64,000 bases of DNA from Chrysomallon squamiferum (lineage: Eukaryota; Animalia; Mollusca): NCBI GenBank assembly GCA_012295275.1, contig CM022670.1, forward strand, positions 2,790,001-2,854,000, given 5' to 3'. The notes under the pieces were generated by a model that did not search any database, was not told the DNA's origin, and was given only the letters and a program-made list of their open reading frames with translations. Position 1 is the stretch's first letter, and every line of letters begins with the position of its first letter. Position numbers and translations under genes: made by a program. Below are positions 49,259-62,577 of this stretch, in pieces.

Positions 49259-49845
49259 AATAAATAAGTAATTAACAGTAATAATAATAAGAACAGAAGT
49301 TGGTGTAGAAACTACGGTTGTAATAATTATAGAATAGAAGTAGTAGTTCGATAGCAGAAGTATTAGTAATAATAATAGTAACACTAGTAATGATAATAGT
49401 AGTAGTAGTAACAGCAAAACAAATAGCAGTGTTTGTTCCTGCAGTAATAGGAAAACAAATAGTATGTGTGTTGTATTATATATACAGTAGAATGAAGATT
49501 TTTATTTAGATACATATAAATTAGAAAGAAAAACAGAGTTTTTTAAAAAGAATTGAAGTGTATTTGCAGTATATTTGATATATATATATATATATATAAA
49601 TATATTCATATATATATATATAAAAATATATATATATATATATACTGAAATACACCCAGAAATAAATACAGACAAAGCCACAGAGAGAAATATTTACACT
49701 GTAAAAGCAAAATAATCATCTGATGTCTGCCTCTTTCTTACCTTTTGTTCTTTATAACAACATATCAGAAATTATTTTAAAACAAAAATTATTAAAAATA
49801 CTTACGAATCAAGACGATCAAAACGTTAACACTTAAGAACTTCAT
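48852..49845 (-). CDS. HG3: secreted His/Gly/Tyr/Arg-rich peptide, 71 aa (exons 49845-49806, 49027-48852)
   Basis: MKFLSVNVLIVLI|LSLAILSLSDA-YHHGHGHRHGYHGHRRHHGHHGHYRHHGHHGYHGHSGHHGHHGYHHG*. Donor C|GTAAGT, acceptor tttacAG, TATA at ~49943-49950. Confidence 0.87.
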
Positions 49846-50985
49846 TTTTCTTCCTTTTCGATTTAGATATAAATATATATATATATATATTTTTTACAAA
49901 CAGAAAGCTCGCTCTGAATGATTTTCAAAAACTGAAACTTTTTTTATATAGAGAAATATTTTACCTGAAACTGTTACCCACGGTTTTCACCTGTGAAGTT
50001 AAGTATATCACGTAGGTAAGTTCGCTGTGTGAAGTTCGGGGAAAAAAAATGTCATATAACGCGATGATGATTTAAAATTGTAAGAGACACACCTATATTT
50101 TTTTCTTCTCTATATGTTATTATGTGTATATATATATATATGTATATATAAATATAATTTTTTCTTATTATTATTAATTTGTCTTCTTTTAACAAAATAA
50201 TTATATAATAATATATAATTTATATTATTATTTACTAATTTTTTATTTTTTTTTTTTTTTTATTATTATTTTATTTTACTGTTGTCATTATTATTATTTA
50301 TATAAAATTAGGTGTGTTCATGTGAAATGTCGGATCATCGTTGTATTTGCGTTGTTAATTTTTTGTTATTAATTTTTCATTAATGTGGGGAATTAGCCAA
50401 TGAAAAAACCGTGGGTAAAAAAAACAAATCTAAAGCAACAGTTATTCTAAAAAGTTTTTGAAAACTGTCTGTTCTGATAATAAATTATTATTAAGTTAAT
50501 AAATTAGAGAAAGCGAAAATAAAATACCAGTTATATAAAGTGATTTCTCCGAGTGTTTGAATACAGTTATTTGTCTTTTTAGCGGCTTTGGCCATTTATA
50601 AAGCACAGGTTATGTTTGAATTTTATATTATTTTTCTTTTTTTTTTTTGTTTCTTTCTTTTATTTTATTTTATTTATTTTTAAAAGACTTTCTTGGTGGC
50701 AGTGTTGTTTTGTTGCGGGTTGTTTGTTTGTTTTCGTTTCGTTTTGTTTTGTTTTGTTCGTGTTTTGTTAAACGAAATTATATAGAAATTAATATTATAT
50801 CTATAATTATCAACTGCGTCCATATATTTTATTTCACTAAGAACTTAATCATTTGGAAACCTTTTTTTTTTTCTAATATATTTATAAGATAAATAAAAAC
50901 AAAAATAATTTTTATTTATTTTTATTTTTTATTTAAAAAAATAAAGAAAAAGAAAGTTAAAAAAGAAAAAGAAAAATTACATGAT

Positions 50986-51465
50986 AAGACTGTACAACAG
51001 TCTTTTTCAAAAAGTGAACTTTAACTTCAGTTTATACATGTTGGTGTTCATGTTCATGGTGATTGTGATGTCTATGATATCCGTAGACAGAATGATAAGA
51101 ATGAAAACAACTAAAAACAACAACAACAAACATTCAAAATAAAAAGTATATGCTGAAACTGTTCCACCTCGTTTTACTACTACTTCTGCTACTACTACTA
51201 CTACTACTACTACCGCAACCAATACTGTTGCTGATGTTGCTGCTATTACTTCTAAAGCTCCTACTAAAACTACCATTTTTATTTCATTAAATTTTAATTT
51301 TTGTAAACGAATAAAGTGAATTTGTGAACACAAAATATTTTACATGATTTAACTGTTCACATTGTGAATCTGTTGTGAAGATTTGTCTAATCTGCTTTTC
51401 TCACTGCAGGGTTTCCAAAACCACGTTGAAATGATAATGTAAAGTGTTTAATGAAAAATGTACAA
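50986..51465 (-). pseudogene. HG4: decayed His-Gly peptide gene copy
   Basis: Retains the 3' hairpin (50986-51004), the acceptor at 51111 and the upstream promoter blocks. The His-rich remnant (GYHRHHNHHEHEHQHV*) is out of frame with the signal-peptide part. No recognisable exon 1. The TATA position reads TGTAAAA. Confidence 0.7.
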
Positions 51466-51617
51466 TACAGCAAAAAAAATAACTTTAGTGGTATGGCTTT
51501 GAGAATTAGAGTTAAGTTTAGAGCTGGTAGAGTTGTTGTTGTTGTTGTTGTCCTTCTTCTTCTTCATTATTATTATTATTATTATTGTTGTTGTAGCTGT
51601 TGTTGTTGTTGTTGTTG

Positions 51618-51658
<41 letters not shown>

Positions 51659-51759
51659 GTATATATTTCATATGTGGTTTAAAAAATTTAATATCTTATT
51701 AATATTAATCTCCATGATTTAATTGGTCGATACATTTATTTTGTTCTTTTCAGAAATTT

Positions 51760-51814
<55 letters not shown>

Positions 51815-52274
51815 GGTCAAATAGATTTCAGTAATAACAAGAACGAGTATCTATTAATCTAATTATCAAAATGGATTAAAATAATAGCTTTCATTAATTA
51901 CTAAATAGAGAATAGCTTAAAATAGTCAAGATATTTTGGGCGTAAAAGCGTGTATTTAATAATGCAGTTACAGAATTGTCTTTTTGTTTGTTTACACAAT
52001 ATACTATTAATGTTTGGTTTTTAATGTCATATATGCTATAATATATAACAAAATGACGTCCATCAGTTTGCAATCGCTAAATAACATTTAAGAGAGATGG
52101 ATATTTTGAGTTTTATCTCTTAATTAAAAGATGCAGGTGCACGGAAACAAATACAAAAATTATATATTCATTTTTATTTTTGTTTTAAAAATCATAATAA
52201 CAATAATTTATAATGTAAATGTTTATATCAAGACCGTACAACAGTCTTTCAAGAAAACCAGCGTTAGCTTTAAA

Positions 52275-52669
52275 TTAGCCGTGATGGTGTCCGTGATGTC
52301 CGTGGTGACCGTGTCCGTGATGTCCGTGATGTCCATGTCCATGGTGACCGTGGTGTCCGTGGTGACTGTGTCCGTGATGTCCGTGATGTCCATGTCCATG
52401 ATGTCCGTGGTGACCGTGATGTCCGTGGGCCAGAGACAGAGAAGCTAGAATAAGAGTAACTGAAAAAAAATAAATAAATAAAATAATAATAATATAAATA
52501 ATAATAAAATAAATAATAATATAAATAAAAATATAATAATAATAAGAAGAAGAAGAAGAAGAAGAAGAAGAATGAAATACAGTATAATTTTCGATATATT
52601 TAATAATGAATTATTAATAATTAACTTACCAACAAAGATGGTGAAAATGTTTAGGTTGGTAAACTTCAT
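52275..52669 (-). CDS. HG5: secreted (His-His-Gly)n peptide, 74 aa (exons 52669-52630, 52459-52275)
   Basis: MKFTNLNIFTIFV|VTLILASLSLA-HGHHGHHG...HHHG*. Donor G|GTAAGT, TATA at ~52744-52751. Confidence 0.88.
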
Positions 52670-52912
52670 TTTCTTATACTTTTCCTTTCCTTATTTTTTC
52701 TTCTGCAGGGAACAAGTGAATAATTTGTGAATGAGAAAGTTTATTTTATAGTAAATTAATAAACTTCATTAATACAATCACAGTGAGGTTCTGTGGTGAA
52801 AGGTTTGATAATCTTGTTGATTCACTGCAAGGTTTCTTTGTAAAAAATCCCAACTAAATGATGATCTAACGTTTTCTTCTGAGAAAAATGCACATCAGAT
52901 GCTAACAATGCA

Positions 52913-52961
<49 letters not shown>

Positions 52962-52978
52962 TTAATAATAATAAAAAT

Positions 52979-53071
<93 letters not shown>

Positions 53072-53888
53072 AAACAAAATAAAATAAAAATAATTTAACT
53101 TTAATCATTGACATTTCTGTGATATATTTGAGAAATGTTTACAACTTACTTGTAAATTGTATTATTTATAGTATTTTTATTAATTGTTCTGATATTTGTT
53201 GTTATAGTAGCATCATAATCATCGTTATCGTTACAATAATAATATTATTTATTTATTATTATTCTTTTCTATGTTGTTATATATATTTTACAAGGAAAAA
53301 ATTAAATTATACAGTTCAGTCATGCAAATTGATATTAAAAAAAGAAATTATTTAGCTCTTGGACTATTTTCTAGTATTATAAACATATCTAAAAGCTATT
53401 TCAGTCAACCATAGGAATGAACTGAAGATTACTTATTTTATTTTAACTTGTCTTATTAGCAATATTAGTTATACACATAGGGTGTTTTTCCAGATAAAGT
53501 ATTATGTATCTAATACACATATAGCGATCATTTTATTTTATTTTATTTTATTTTATATATATAATTTTTTTATTTTTTTATTTTGTTCTGGGTATCGTTA
53601 ATTATCTGTTCATTTCTACATAATATACTGAAATGTTGAAATACTTTCTCAACATTGGAAAAAAGAATAAACAAGTTAGAAAATAAAACTAACGTAAGTC
53701 TTTGTCACTGATTTTACGATTCAAAATGTCATTTTCTGAGGAAACAAATAATAATTTTCTTTTAATAACATGAAATCTTTTATAAATTCATATCTTTGTT
53801 AAAACAACCTTTTAACTAGATTCACGTTACGAAATCATGGAAATATTTCTATTAAACCAAAAACACATTCGATGATGCAGAAAACTGA

Positions 53889-53936
<48 letters not shown>

Positions 53937-54560
53937 TTCAAACACACACACGCAGGCACATACACCCCCAAAATTCCAACAAAACAGTGTAAGACAAAAA
54001 TATTCTCTATATGCCAGACAAATTATGAAAAGTAAAGAACGAAATAGTATGTAACCTTAATATTAATAAAACAACAATATGTATTAGTATAAATATTGCT
54101 TAGTTACGGCAAAAATGTTTTACCGTTCGAGTTCAAACGATTAACAGATAAAAAAAAAAAAAACATCTAAACACCGTTTTCTGGAAGCATGATAAATAGT
54201 CTGGTATTTGTCTTAAGTGTTAAATATTTTATATGATAAAAAACTACATAATTTGATGTTTTATACTTATATAAAAGATATCTTTACGTTCACTTTATGT
54301 TTTTATGCTCTTTTCTTCTTCTTTTTTTTTTTTATATTTTCTTTTCTTTTCATTATTTTGTGTGTGCGTTATTTTATTTTTTACTTTTTTATTGTTATTA
54401 TTTTGTTGTTGTTGTTTGTTTGTTTGTTTGTTTGTTTTATTGTTTTATTATTGTTGATGATAAAAATATTCTGACAGTTTTTCTATACAACGATGCGCTG
54501 CTTCATTATCTTTTTATTTATTTGAACAAACAATAAAAAATAAATAAAAAAAAAAAAAAA

Positions 54561-54594
<34 letters not shown>

Positions 54595-54899
54595 TATTAC
54601 AGTATAATATTAATGTTCATGTTTTAATATTGTACATCCTAACGCAAAGAAAATTGTCAAGTAAATACGCATTTAAGGCATATGGCTTATTTAAGTATTG
54701 AACATTTAATTTACTGAGTTCTTTGTTTCATCCAGTTAATAAATAATATTTTCGATTTCGTCTCTTAATTAAAGCATACAGAAACAAAACAAAAGTATTT
54801 TTATTGGTTTTTAATTTTTTTTTAAAAACAAATGTTATTACAACTTTTTATGTCAAGACCGTACAACAGTCTTTCAAGAAAACCAGCGTTAGATTTAAA

Positions 54900-55441
54900 T
54901 TAGCCGTGATGGTGTCCGTGATGTCCGTGACCATGGTGACCATGGTGTCCGTGATGTCCGTGACCATGGTGACCGTGATGTCCATGGTGGCCGTGGTGAC
55001 CATGTCCATGATGCCCGTGGTGTCCGTGATGTCCGTGGTGTCCGTGATGTCCGTGATGACCGTGATGTCCGCGGTGACCGTGATAGGCCAGAGACAGAGA
55101 AGCAAAAATAAGAAAGACTGGGAGAAAAAAAAAATAAAGTAAAAATATTATAAAAATAAAGCCTAGTATCGGTTAAGAAATACGAAGTTAAAAATTTTTC
55201 TTTTTTCTTTAGAAAAATTGTAATCAGGTCTTAAAACATAACGAAATACTATTTTTATCAATAATAATAATAATAATAAATCATAATTTATGTTTAGATA
55301 TAATTTATTATAAATCTTAATTAATTTTCTTTTTATGTTTTGATGCCATTAAATACAACTGTTAACTTAATTATTAATAATTAAAAAATTTGTTAACTTA
55401 CCAACGAAGATAGTAAAACAGTTTAGACTGGTAAACTTCAT
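54900..55441 (-). CDS. HG6: secreted (His-His-Gly)n peptide, 85 aa (exons 55441-55402, 55117-54900)
   Basis: MKFTSLNCFTIFV|VFLIFASLSLA-YHGHRGHHG...HHHG*. Canonical splice sites, TATA at ~55521-55527. Confidence 0.88.
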
Positions 55442-56187
55442 GCTTTAAAAATATTTTCCTTTCTTTCTTTAATCTTCTGTTGTAAACAAGTTAGTGATTT
55501 TGTGAATGGAGATAAGTTTATTTTATATTAAAATAATTTACATCATTAATACGTTCACAGTGAGAAGCTTGTCTAATCTGCTTAATTCACTGCAGGATTT
55601 TTCTTGTCAAAAACCGCATTGCAATGATGATCTAATGTTTTTAATGAAACGATGGTAACAAATGTTGACAAAGCAAAATATTAGTTAACTGTCAAATTGT
55701 GATGTTTCAAGAAAACTGCTAATTTCAGGTTAGTTTGTAACTAACTGGCTAAATATTAGCACGAGTATCCTTAATGAAGAAGTTTCTCGAGAAAAAAACA
55801 GTTGATTTTGGTAAACGGTGTCAGTAATTAAAAATTGTTTAAAATAAGTAAAAAATAATAATAATAAAAACAAACAAAAAAAAACAACAAAAAAACAGAA
55901 AGAAAGAAAATAGTTGATTTTCGTAAACAGTGCCATTAATTAAAAATTGTTTATAATAAGTAAAAAAAAAAAAAAAAAAAAAAAACCTGAAGGAAAGAAA
56001 TAAACAAATGTTGACAGTGCAAAATATTAACTAAATGACTGCATTAGAAGACAGCTTCTGTTAATTTCAGTGTAGTTTATAACTGAGAGATTAGCACGAT
56101 TATCTCTAATGAAGCAGTTTCTGAAGATAACAGTTTATTTTAGTAAATAGTCTGAGTAATAAATGATTATTTATGATATGTAAAAAG

Positions 56188-56231
<44 letters not shown>

Positions 56232-56764
56232 ATTTCTCGCCGAAATTACGAAACAATTACTGGTTTGTATTGATATAATTATGTTGACAGAAAATACGTA
56301 TTATTATCGATTTATCGTCAGTTGTGTTGAATCTACATGGAAATTATGATAGATAACATTATATATTCACAAACAATTAATGTACATAATTTACAATATT
56401 TCGTAAGAAAATGCCCAGAACGTGAACCAAAATTAAGGGCGATAACTCTTTTGAAAACTTCAACTGGAAATAGATGAATTGTCGAACACCTGTCTGATAA
56501 ATTTAGTTTTCTGGTTTATATTGACCGGATGAAAAATATTTCTGAAATTCACTTCTGTATAAATTTATTTAAATTATTTCCAACAATTTTGCAGTTACAG
56601 TTTTATTTACATATTTTTATTACTAGTATGTGGCACCTTCGGAATATAGAGTCAAATATTTCGTAAAGTTTTATCACATTAATATTAATTTATATTTATT
56701 AATAGTTCTAAAATATGCAATATATTTCAGTAATTTTGTCGTGGTAGTATCTGTTTTTCATAAT

Positions 56765-56835
56765 GAATTGAACAAAAAGTCCATGGTGATGTCCATAATG
56801 GCCATGACGTGCCATACTTAGCACCGCGAGTTAAA
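56765..56835 (-). pseudogene. Remnant of a type-B His-Gly exon 2
   Basis: Reads ARHGHYGHHHG and lies in flanks homologous to those of HG9. The stop codon and acceptor are lost. Confidence 0.55.
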
Positions 56836-57273
56836 AATCACTACGTGTTTGTTAAATCTAAAATATTTTTACTAATGTATATTATAAGATATTATTAACT
56901 ATCTCCAAAGAATATATTCAGTAATTATTTCCCAACATTTATTATATCAAACGATGTAGTAAAAGGAATGTATTTGTAATGTCGAATACTTTTTTAATAT
57001 TTTGAATGAATAAATTCCTTTAACAACGACAACAACAACAATAATAATAATTGTAGTAGTAGTAGTAGTAGTGGTGGTAGCAACAGTAGTAATAGTTATA
57101 GTAATAATAGTAGGAGCAGTGTCAGTGGTAGTAGCAATGGTAAAAGTTGTAGTAGCGGCAATGATGAAGATATGAAAAATGTCCTCGTACATGACATCAA
57201 ATACATTTTTAACACCGAATCAGTTAAGATAATTACTGAATTCATATAAAAAAATAGTATGAATACGTTTAAG

Positions 57274-57335
<62 letters not shown>

Positions 57336-57733
57336 ATTATAATAAAAATAGAACCTAAAATATTCAACATATTTTGTGCGCAGTAATGTGACTTTAATTA
57401 TGCAATTATAGCTTTGTTTTTATATTGATAAAAAAAAATATATATTAGTGTTTGTAATCAGTGTTTTATATGTTGTAACTTAATGAAGATATGATTTAAA
57501 ATATGTTTTCAGTCAGAATTTACTGAATCCTTTCTTCCATCACATAACTTGATAAAATTTGAAAAGTTTTAGATATTTTCAGTTTAATCTGCAAAAAACA
57601 TAAAAGCATACAGAAACAAAAACAAAAATTGTTCTTCTTATTATTTTTATTTCTTTAAAAAACAAATGTTTTTACAAATTTTTATGTCAAGACCGTACAA
57701 CAGTCTTTAAAAAAACCCAGCGTTAGCTTTAAA

Positions 57734-58149
57734 TTAGCCGTGATGATGTCCATGATGTCCGTGACCATGGTGGCCGTGGTGACCGTGATGTCCATGACGT
57801 CCATGGTGTCCATGATGACCGTGATGTCCGTGATGACCATGATGTCCGTGATGACCGTGATGTCCGTGATGGGCCAAAGACAGAGAGACAAGAATCACTG
57901 TAACTGAAAAACAAAATTAAAGAAAGTATAAGTATTGTACAAGTAAGATTTGTATGAATTAACAAATCAAAACTAATAATCACTATATACTGGTTTTTAA
58001 GTTATCATTAATAATAATAATAATAATGAAGTATAATTTATGTATCGATATAGTTGATAATGAATCTTAATTGATTAGTTATTAATAATTAAAAAGTTTA
58101 CTAACTTACCAACAAGGACGGGGAAAATGTTTAAGCTGGTGAATTTCAT
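57734..58149 (-). CDS. HG7: secreted (His-His-Gly)n peptide, 69 aa (exons 58149-58110, 57903-57734)
   Basis: MKFTSLNIFPVLV|VTVILVSLSLA-HHGHHG...HHHG*. Canonical splice sites, TATA at ~58228-58234. Confidence 0.88.
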
Positions 58150-59194
58150 TTTCTTATATTTTTCTCTTTCTTTTAGTTATTCTTCTGTTGTAAACAAGTG
58201 AATGATTTTGTGAATGGAAAACGATTCTTTTATAGTAAATTAACTTTAGCCTTTTAACTGGTCACAGTGTGAAACTGCAGAGAAGAGAAGAGTAATCCTG
58301 TTTATTCACTGCAGAGTTTCCTTGTCAAAAACCACACTGAAACGATTATCTAACGTTTTTGAATGAAAAGTACACGACAAATGTTGACAGTGCGAAATAG
58401 TAATCAGCTTTCGAGATCTGAAACTTCGAAATGAGTAGTATTTGAAGATAGCTTCTGTTAATTTGTAACTGAAAAATTATCAACACACGTCAAGTGCATG
58501 AGATAACTGGATTAATATTAGCACGATTATCCCTAAAGAAGCAGTTTCTGAAGATAACAGATTATTTTCGTAAATGGTGTGAGTAAGAAATGATTATTTG
58601 TGATATGTAAATATAAAATAGTAGAAAAAAATAAAAATAAAAAAAATAAAAAATAAAATAAAATTCTTTCTCGAAGAAATTATGAAAAAATTAATGGTTT
58701 GCATTGATACAATTACTTGGACACAGTATTCGTATTATTATCCATTTATCGTCATTTGTGTTGAATCTACATGGATATTACGATGTACAGAATTATATAT
58801 TTACATACAACATGTATACATAATTTTCAATATGTATTACACGAGAAAACGTCCCATAAAGTGAATTAAAACAGAAGGGCGATAATTCTGTTGAAACATT
58901 TAACTATGAAAACTGATGAATTGTCGAACGCCTTTATAATAAATTCTGTTTTCTGTTTTATAATATCCTGATAAAAAATATTACTTAAATTCACTATTTA
59001 GATAAATAAAATTACATTTTCCAACAATTTCGGAATCAGAATCGTTTTAACATATTTATTAACAGAATATGTTACTTCCGGAATATAAAGTCCAGTATTT
59101 TCTCACATTAATATTTATTGAAATTTACTGGTATGTGCCATTTCTAAAATAAATGATATTTTCCTGTAATGTGATAAAATAATATTTGTTTTTC

Positions 59195-59305
59195 ATACTG
59201 AACTGAACAGTATCAGTAATGCTGGTGTCCACGATGACCACGTCAACAATGTGAATAACAGCCTTGACGTACTGCTGTTCACGCCATCAGCCTAAAAATA
59301 CTGAA
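59195..59305 (-). pseudogene. Remnant of a type-B His-Gly exon 2
   Basis: Aligns by eye to HG9 exon 2 (ctgatggcgtgaacagcagtacgtca vs ctgacggcgcgaacaacaacagcacgtca). It carries a CGA>TGA stop and degraded His codons. Confidence 0.6.
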
Positions 59306-60215
59306 TTAATAATTTAAAATATTATTAAATACATGTCAGATATGAATATTTTTAAATTATTACTAAAATATTATTAAGTATCTCCATAGAATGAATTCAG
59401 TAATTATTTCACTACATTTAAAAAGATATAATAAAAGAATGTATTTATTTCAGTAGGTCTACAGTTCATGTTTGCAATGTTTAATACTTACAGATCATAA
59501 TCCTTAACAAATGGTTTGAGGATTCTATTTATTAAAATAATAACAGTAATGATGATGATGATGATGATATAATACAGGTCTGTACTAATAGCAGCAGTAA
59601 CAGTAGTAGCAATAGTAGTAGTAGCAGTAGTAGTACTAATGATGATGATGGTGTGAAAAATGTCCACATCCACTTCGTTACACGAGGAAGAGGCCGGTAC
59701 AAAAAAAAAAAAAAAAAAAAAAATGTCAATCCTTTTCTATTTTCATAACGCCAAATAAATTTTCAATTATAATATGTTATCAATTAAGATAACTATTACA
59801 TTGTATATAATAATAGTACGAATATGTTTCAAAGAAATATTAAAAAAATATTCAACATATTTTGTGACTTCAAGTTTGCAGTTATGGAACTGTTTTTATT
59901 TTGATAAAAAAAATAAATAAATAAATAAATAATAATATTAGTATCTGTAAATCAGTGTTTTAACACAAAAAACATATGATTTAGTCCTTTGTTTGATTCC
60001 ATAAAGTGATAGATATTTTCAATTTAATCTGTAAAAACACACACGTATACAGAAACAAAAACAAAAATTTTTTTTTTTATTATTTTTTTTTTTCGTCTCT
60101 TAATTAAAGCATTTTTTTATTGGTTTTTAAATTTTTTTTAAAAACAAATGTTATTACAAATTTTTATATCAAGACCGTACAACAGTCTTTCTAGAAAACG
60201 CGCGTTAGCTTTAAA

Positions 60216-60514
60216 TTAGCCGTGATGGTGTCCGTGATGTCCGTGGTGACCGTGATGTCCGTGATGTCCATGGTGGCCGTGGTGACCGTGATGTCCGTGA
60301 TGACCGTGATGTCCGTGATGACCGTGATGGGCCAGAGACAGAGAAGCAAAAATAAGAATAACTGAAAAAAAAAAAAAAAAAATTAAATAAAGTAAAAATA
60401 TTATAGAAGTAAAGATATTTGTATGAATTAAGAAATCAAAAATTATAATCACTTTATTCTGGTTTCAAGTTGTATATGACATTAAAACATAAGGAAATGT
60501 TTTTATTTATCAAT

Positions 60515-60545
<31 letters not shown>

Positions 60546-60665
60546 AAGTATAATTTATGTATCGATATAGTTAATAATAATCTTAATTAATTAGTTATTA
60601 ATATTTAAAAACAGAACTAACTTACCAACGAAGATGGTGAAAGTATTTAGGCTGATAAACTTCAT
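60216..60665 (-). CDS. HG8: secreted (His-His-Gly)n peptide, 61 aa (exons 60665-60626, 60361-60216)
   Basis: MKFISLNTFTIFV|VILIFASLSLA-(HHG)n-HHHG*. Canonical splice sites, TATA at ~60742-60748. Confidence 0.88.
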
Positions 60666-61864
60666 TTTCCTATATTATTCCTTTCCTTCTTTATTCTTCT
60701 GTTGTAAACAAGTGGATGATTTTGTGAATGGAAAACGATTCTTTTATAGTAAATTAATTGTTATGATTTCACTGTTCACAGTGTGAAACTGCAGTAGAGA
60801 GTTGTCTACTCTGGTTTATTCTCTGCAGGCTTTCCGTGTAAAAACCACACTGAAACGATGATCTAAAGTTTTTAATGAAAAGTGCATAACAAATGTTGAC
60901 AATGCAAAATATGGATTAACTTTTGAGTGCTCTGGTTTCTAAATGAGCAGTATTTGAAGACAACTTCTGCATTTTAGTTTTGTTATTTTGTATCTGTAAT
61001 ACATTCTTCTCTGTACAGTAATCCTGCAGTTTATGAGAATAACATCATTGTTATTCCAGTTTAATTTGTAACTGAAACATTATATGAGATAATGGGATTA
61101 TTATTAGCACGATTATTTCCAATGAAGCAGTTTCTAAAGAAAACAATGTATTCACTGAACAGTGTAAGTAATAAATTATTATTTGTGATATATAAAGCCA
61201 AAAAAAGAAAAATTAATAATCATAAAAAAAATAGAAATAAATAATAATAATAAGATACTTACTCGTAGAAAAAAGGAAAACATTATTTTATTTTTATAAC
61301 AAAATACAACTTTTCCTTTAGTCTTTTTTATTCAATATATTTACATATATTATATGTGTTACTTATTTATTATTATGCATTATATCTACATTGATATTAT
61401 GGAGATGTAGCATTAAATATATGTAATATATTCTGTTTACGTTCAATAAATTAGTATACTTTTCAACACGCTTTTAATATGAAAAACCATCCACGGTGTA
61501 AACAAAATCTGTTTCTGATAACTCTTCTTAAGAGTTTATGAAAACTGATGAATTGTCGAATAAGTTAATTATTTATCGTAATTAAGAGAAATTCAGTTTT
61601 CAGATTCATTTTATCCAAATGAAGAGTGTTTCCGAAATTCTTCATTTACACAAATAAAATAACATTTTCCAACAATTTCGGAATAACAGTTTTTCACACA
61701 TTATATTACCGGTATATGGTACTTCCGTATGTACAGTTTTCTAAAGTTTTATCACATTAATATTCAATAAGATTTAACTGTATATTATATTTGTAAAATA
61801 CGCGATATAGTCCAGTAATTTTGTCACATTAATATTTTGTTCTTGCACAACGAACTGAACAAAA

Positions 61865-62512
61865 TTAGCCGTGGTGGTGTCCATGATGTCCATGTCCATG
61901 TCCATGTCCATGATGACCATGACGTGCTGTTGTTGTTCGCGCCGTCAGCATAAAGATAACTGAAATTTTTATTTAGTAATATTAAACATGTATTTATATA
62001 TCTATACATAAAGATCATTGAAAAAAGTATTTAGAAATATTAACTATTCATTTATATATTTAATAATTTGGGTATTGAAATATTATAAAGTATCACGACA
62101 GAATATATTCATTTATTCCATTTAACAATTTTTAAACTTATACAATAAGAATAATATATTTATTTCAGTCAGGTTCTATTTTGTAAAGCACAGACCATGT
62201 TAATGCAAGGTTTACATAAATTCCAATCAATCGATGAAAAAAAAAAAAAAAAGATTAAAAGAAAATTAAAAATTCAAAAGGATTCATTTTATACGACTTT
62301 TGTTTCTACACAAATATCCGCTAAACCAGCATAAAGCCTAATAGAATCTGGTTTTGTTTATTTATTTATTTTATATTTTTTTCCTTCTATTTTACACTAT
62401 TACTACTAGTACTACACTACTACTACTACTGCTACTACTGCTACTACTGCGAGTGCAACAGCTATTACTACTATTTCTACTACTAACAACTACTACTAAT
62501 AGTAATTATAGC

Positions 62513-62577
<65 letters not shown>

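Larger units (their letters stand above)
52050..62200. repeat. Tandem segmental duplication, ~2.5-2.8 kb units each carrying a His-Gly gene
   Basis: ATG spacing is 52669, 55441, 58149, 60665 (2772, 2708, 2516 bp). Non-coding blocks recur, e.g. gatgaattgtcgaa (56472, 58915, 61547), gttgaatctacat/atctacat, ttagcacgattat and aaatgttgaca. The first unit shares mainly the gene-proximal blocks. Confidence 0.85.

Noticed and set aside
55660-56160. Short internal duplications (agttgatttt..gtaaac..aattaaaaattgttt) upstream of HG6
   Set aside because: These are ordinary local slippage or duplication within the tandem unit.
44527-60361. CRISPR-like or satellite interpretation of the repeated cassettes
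   Set aside because: There is no repeat-spacer structure and no cas genes, and the context is eukaryotic and spliced. The repeats are coding.
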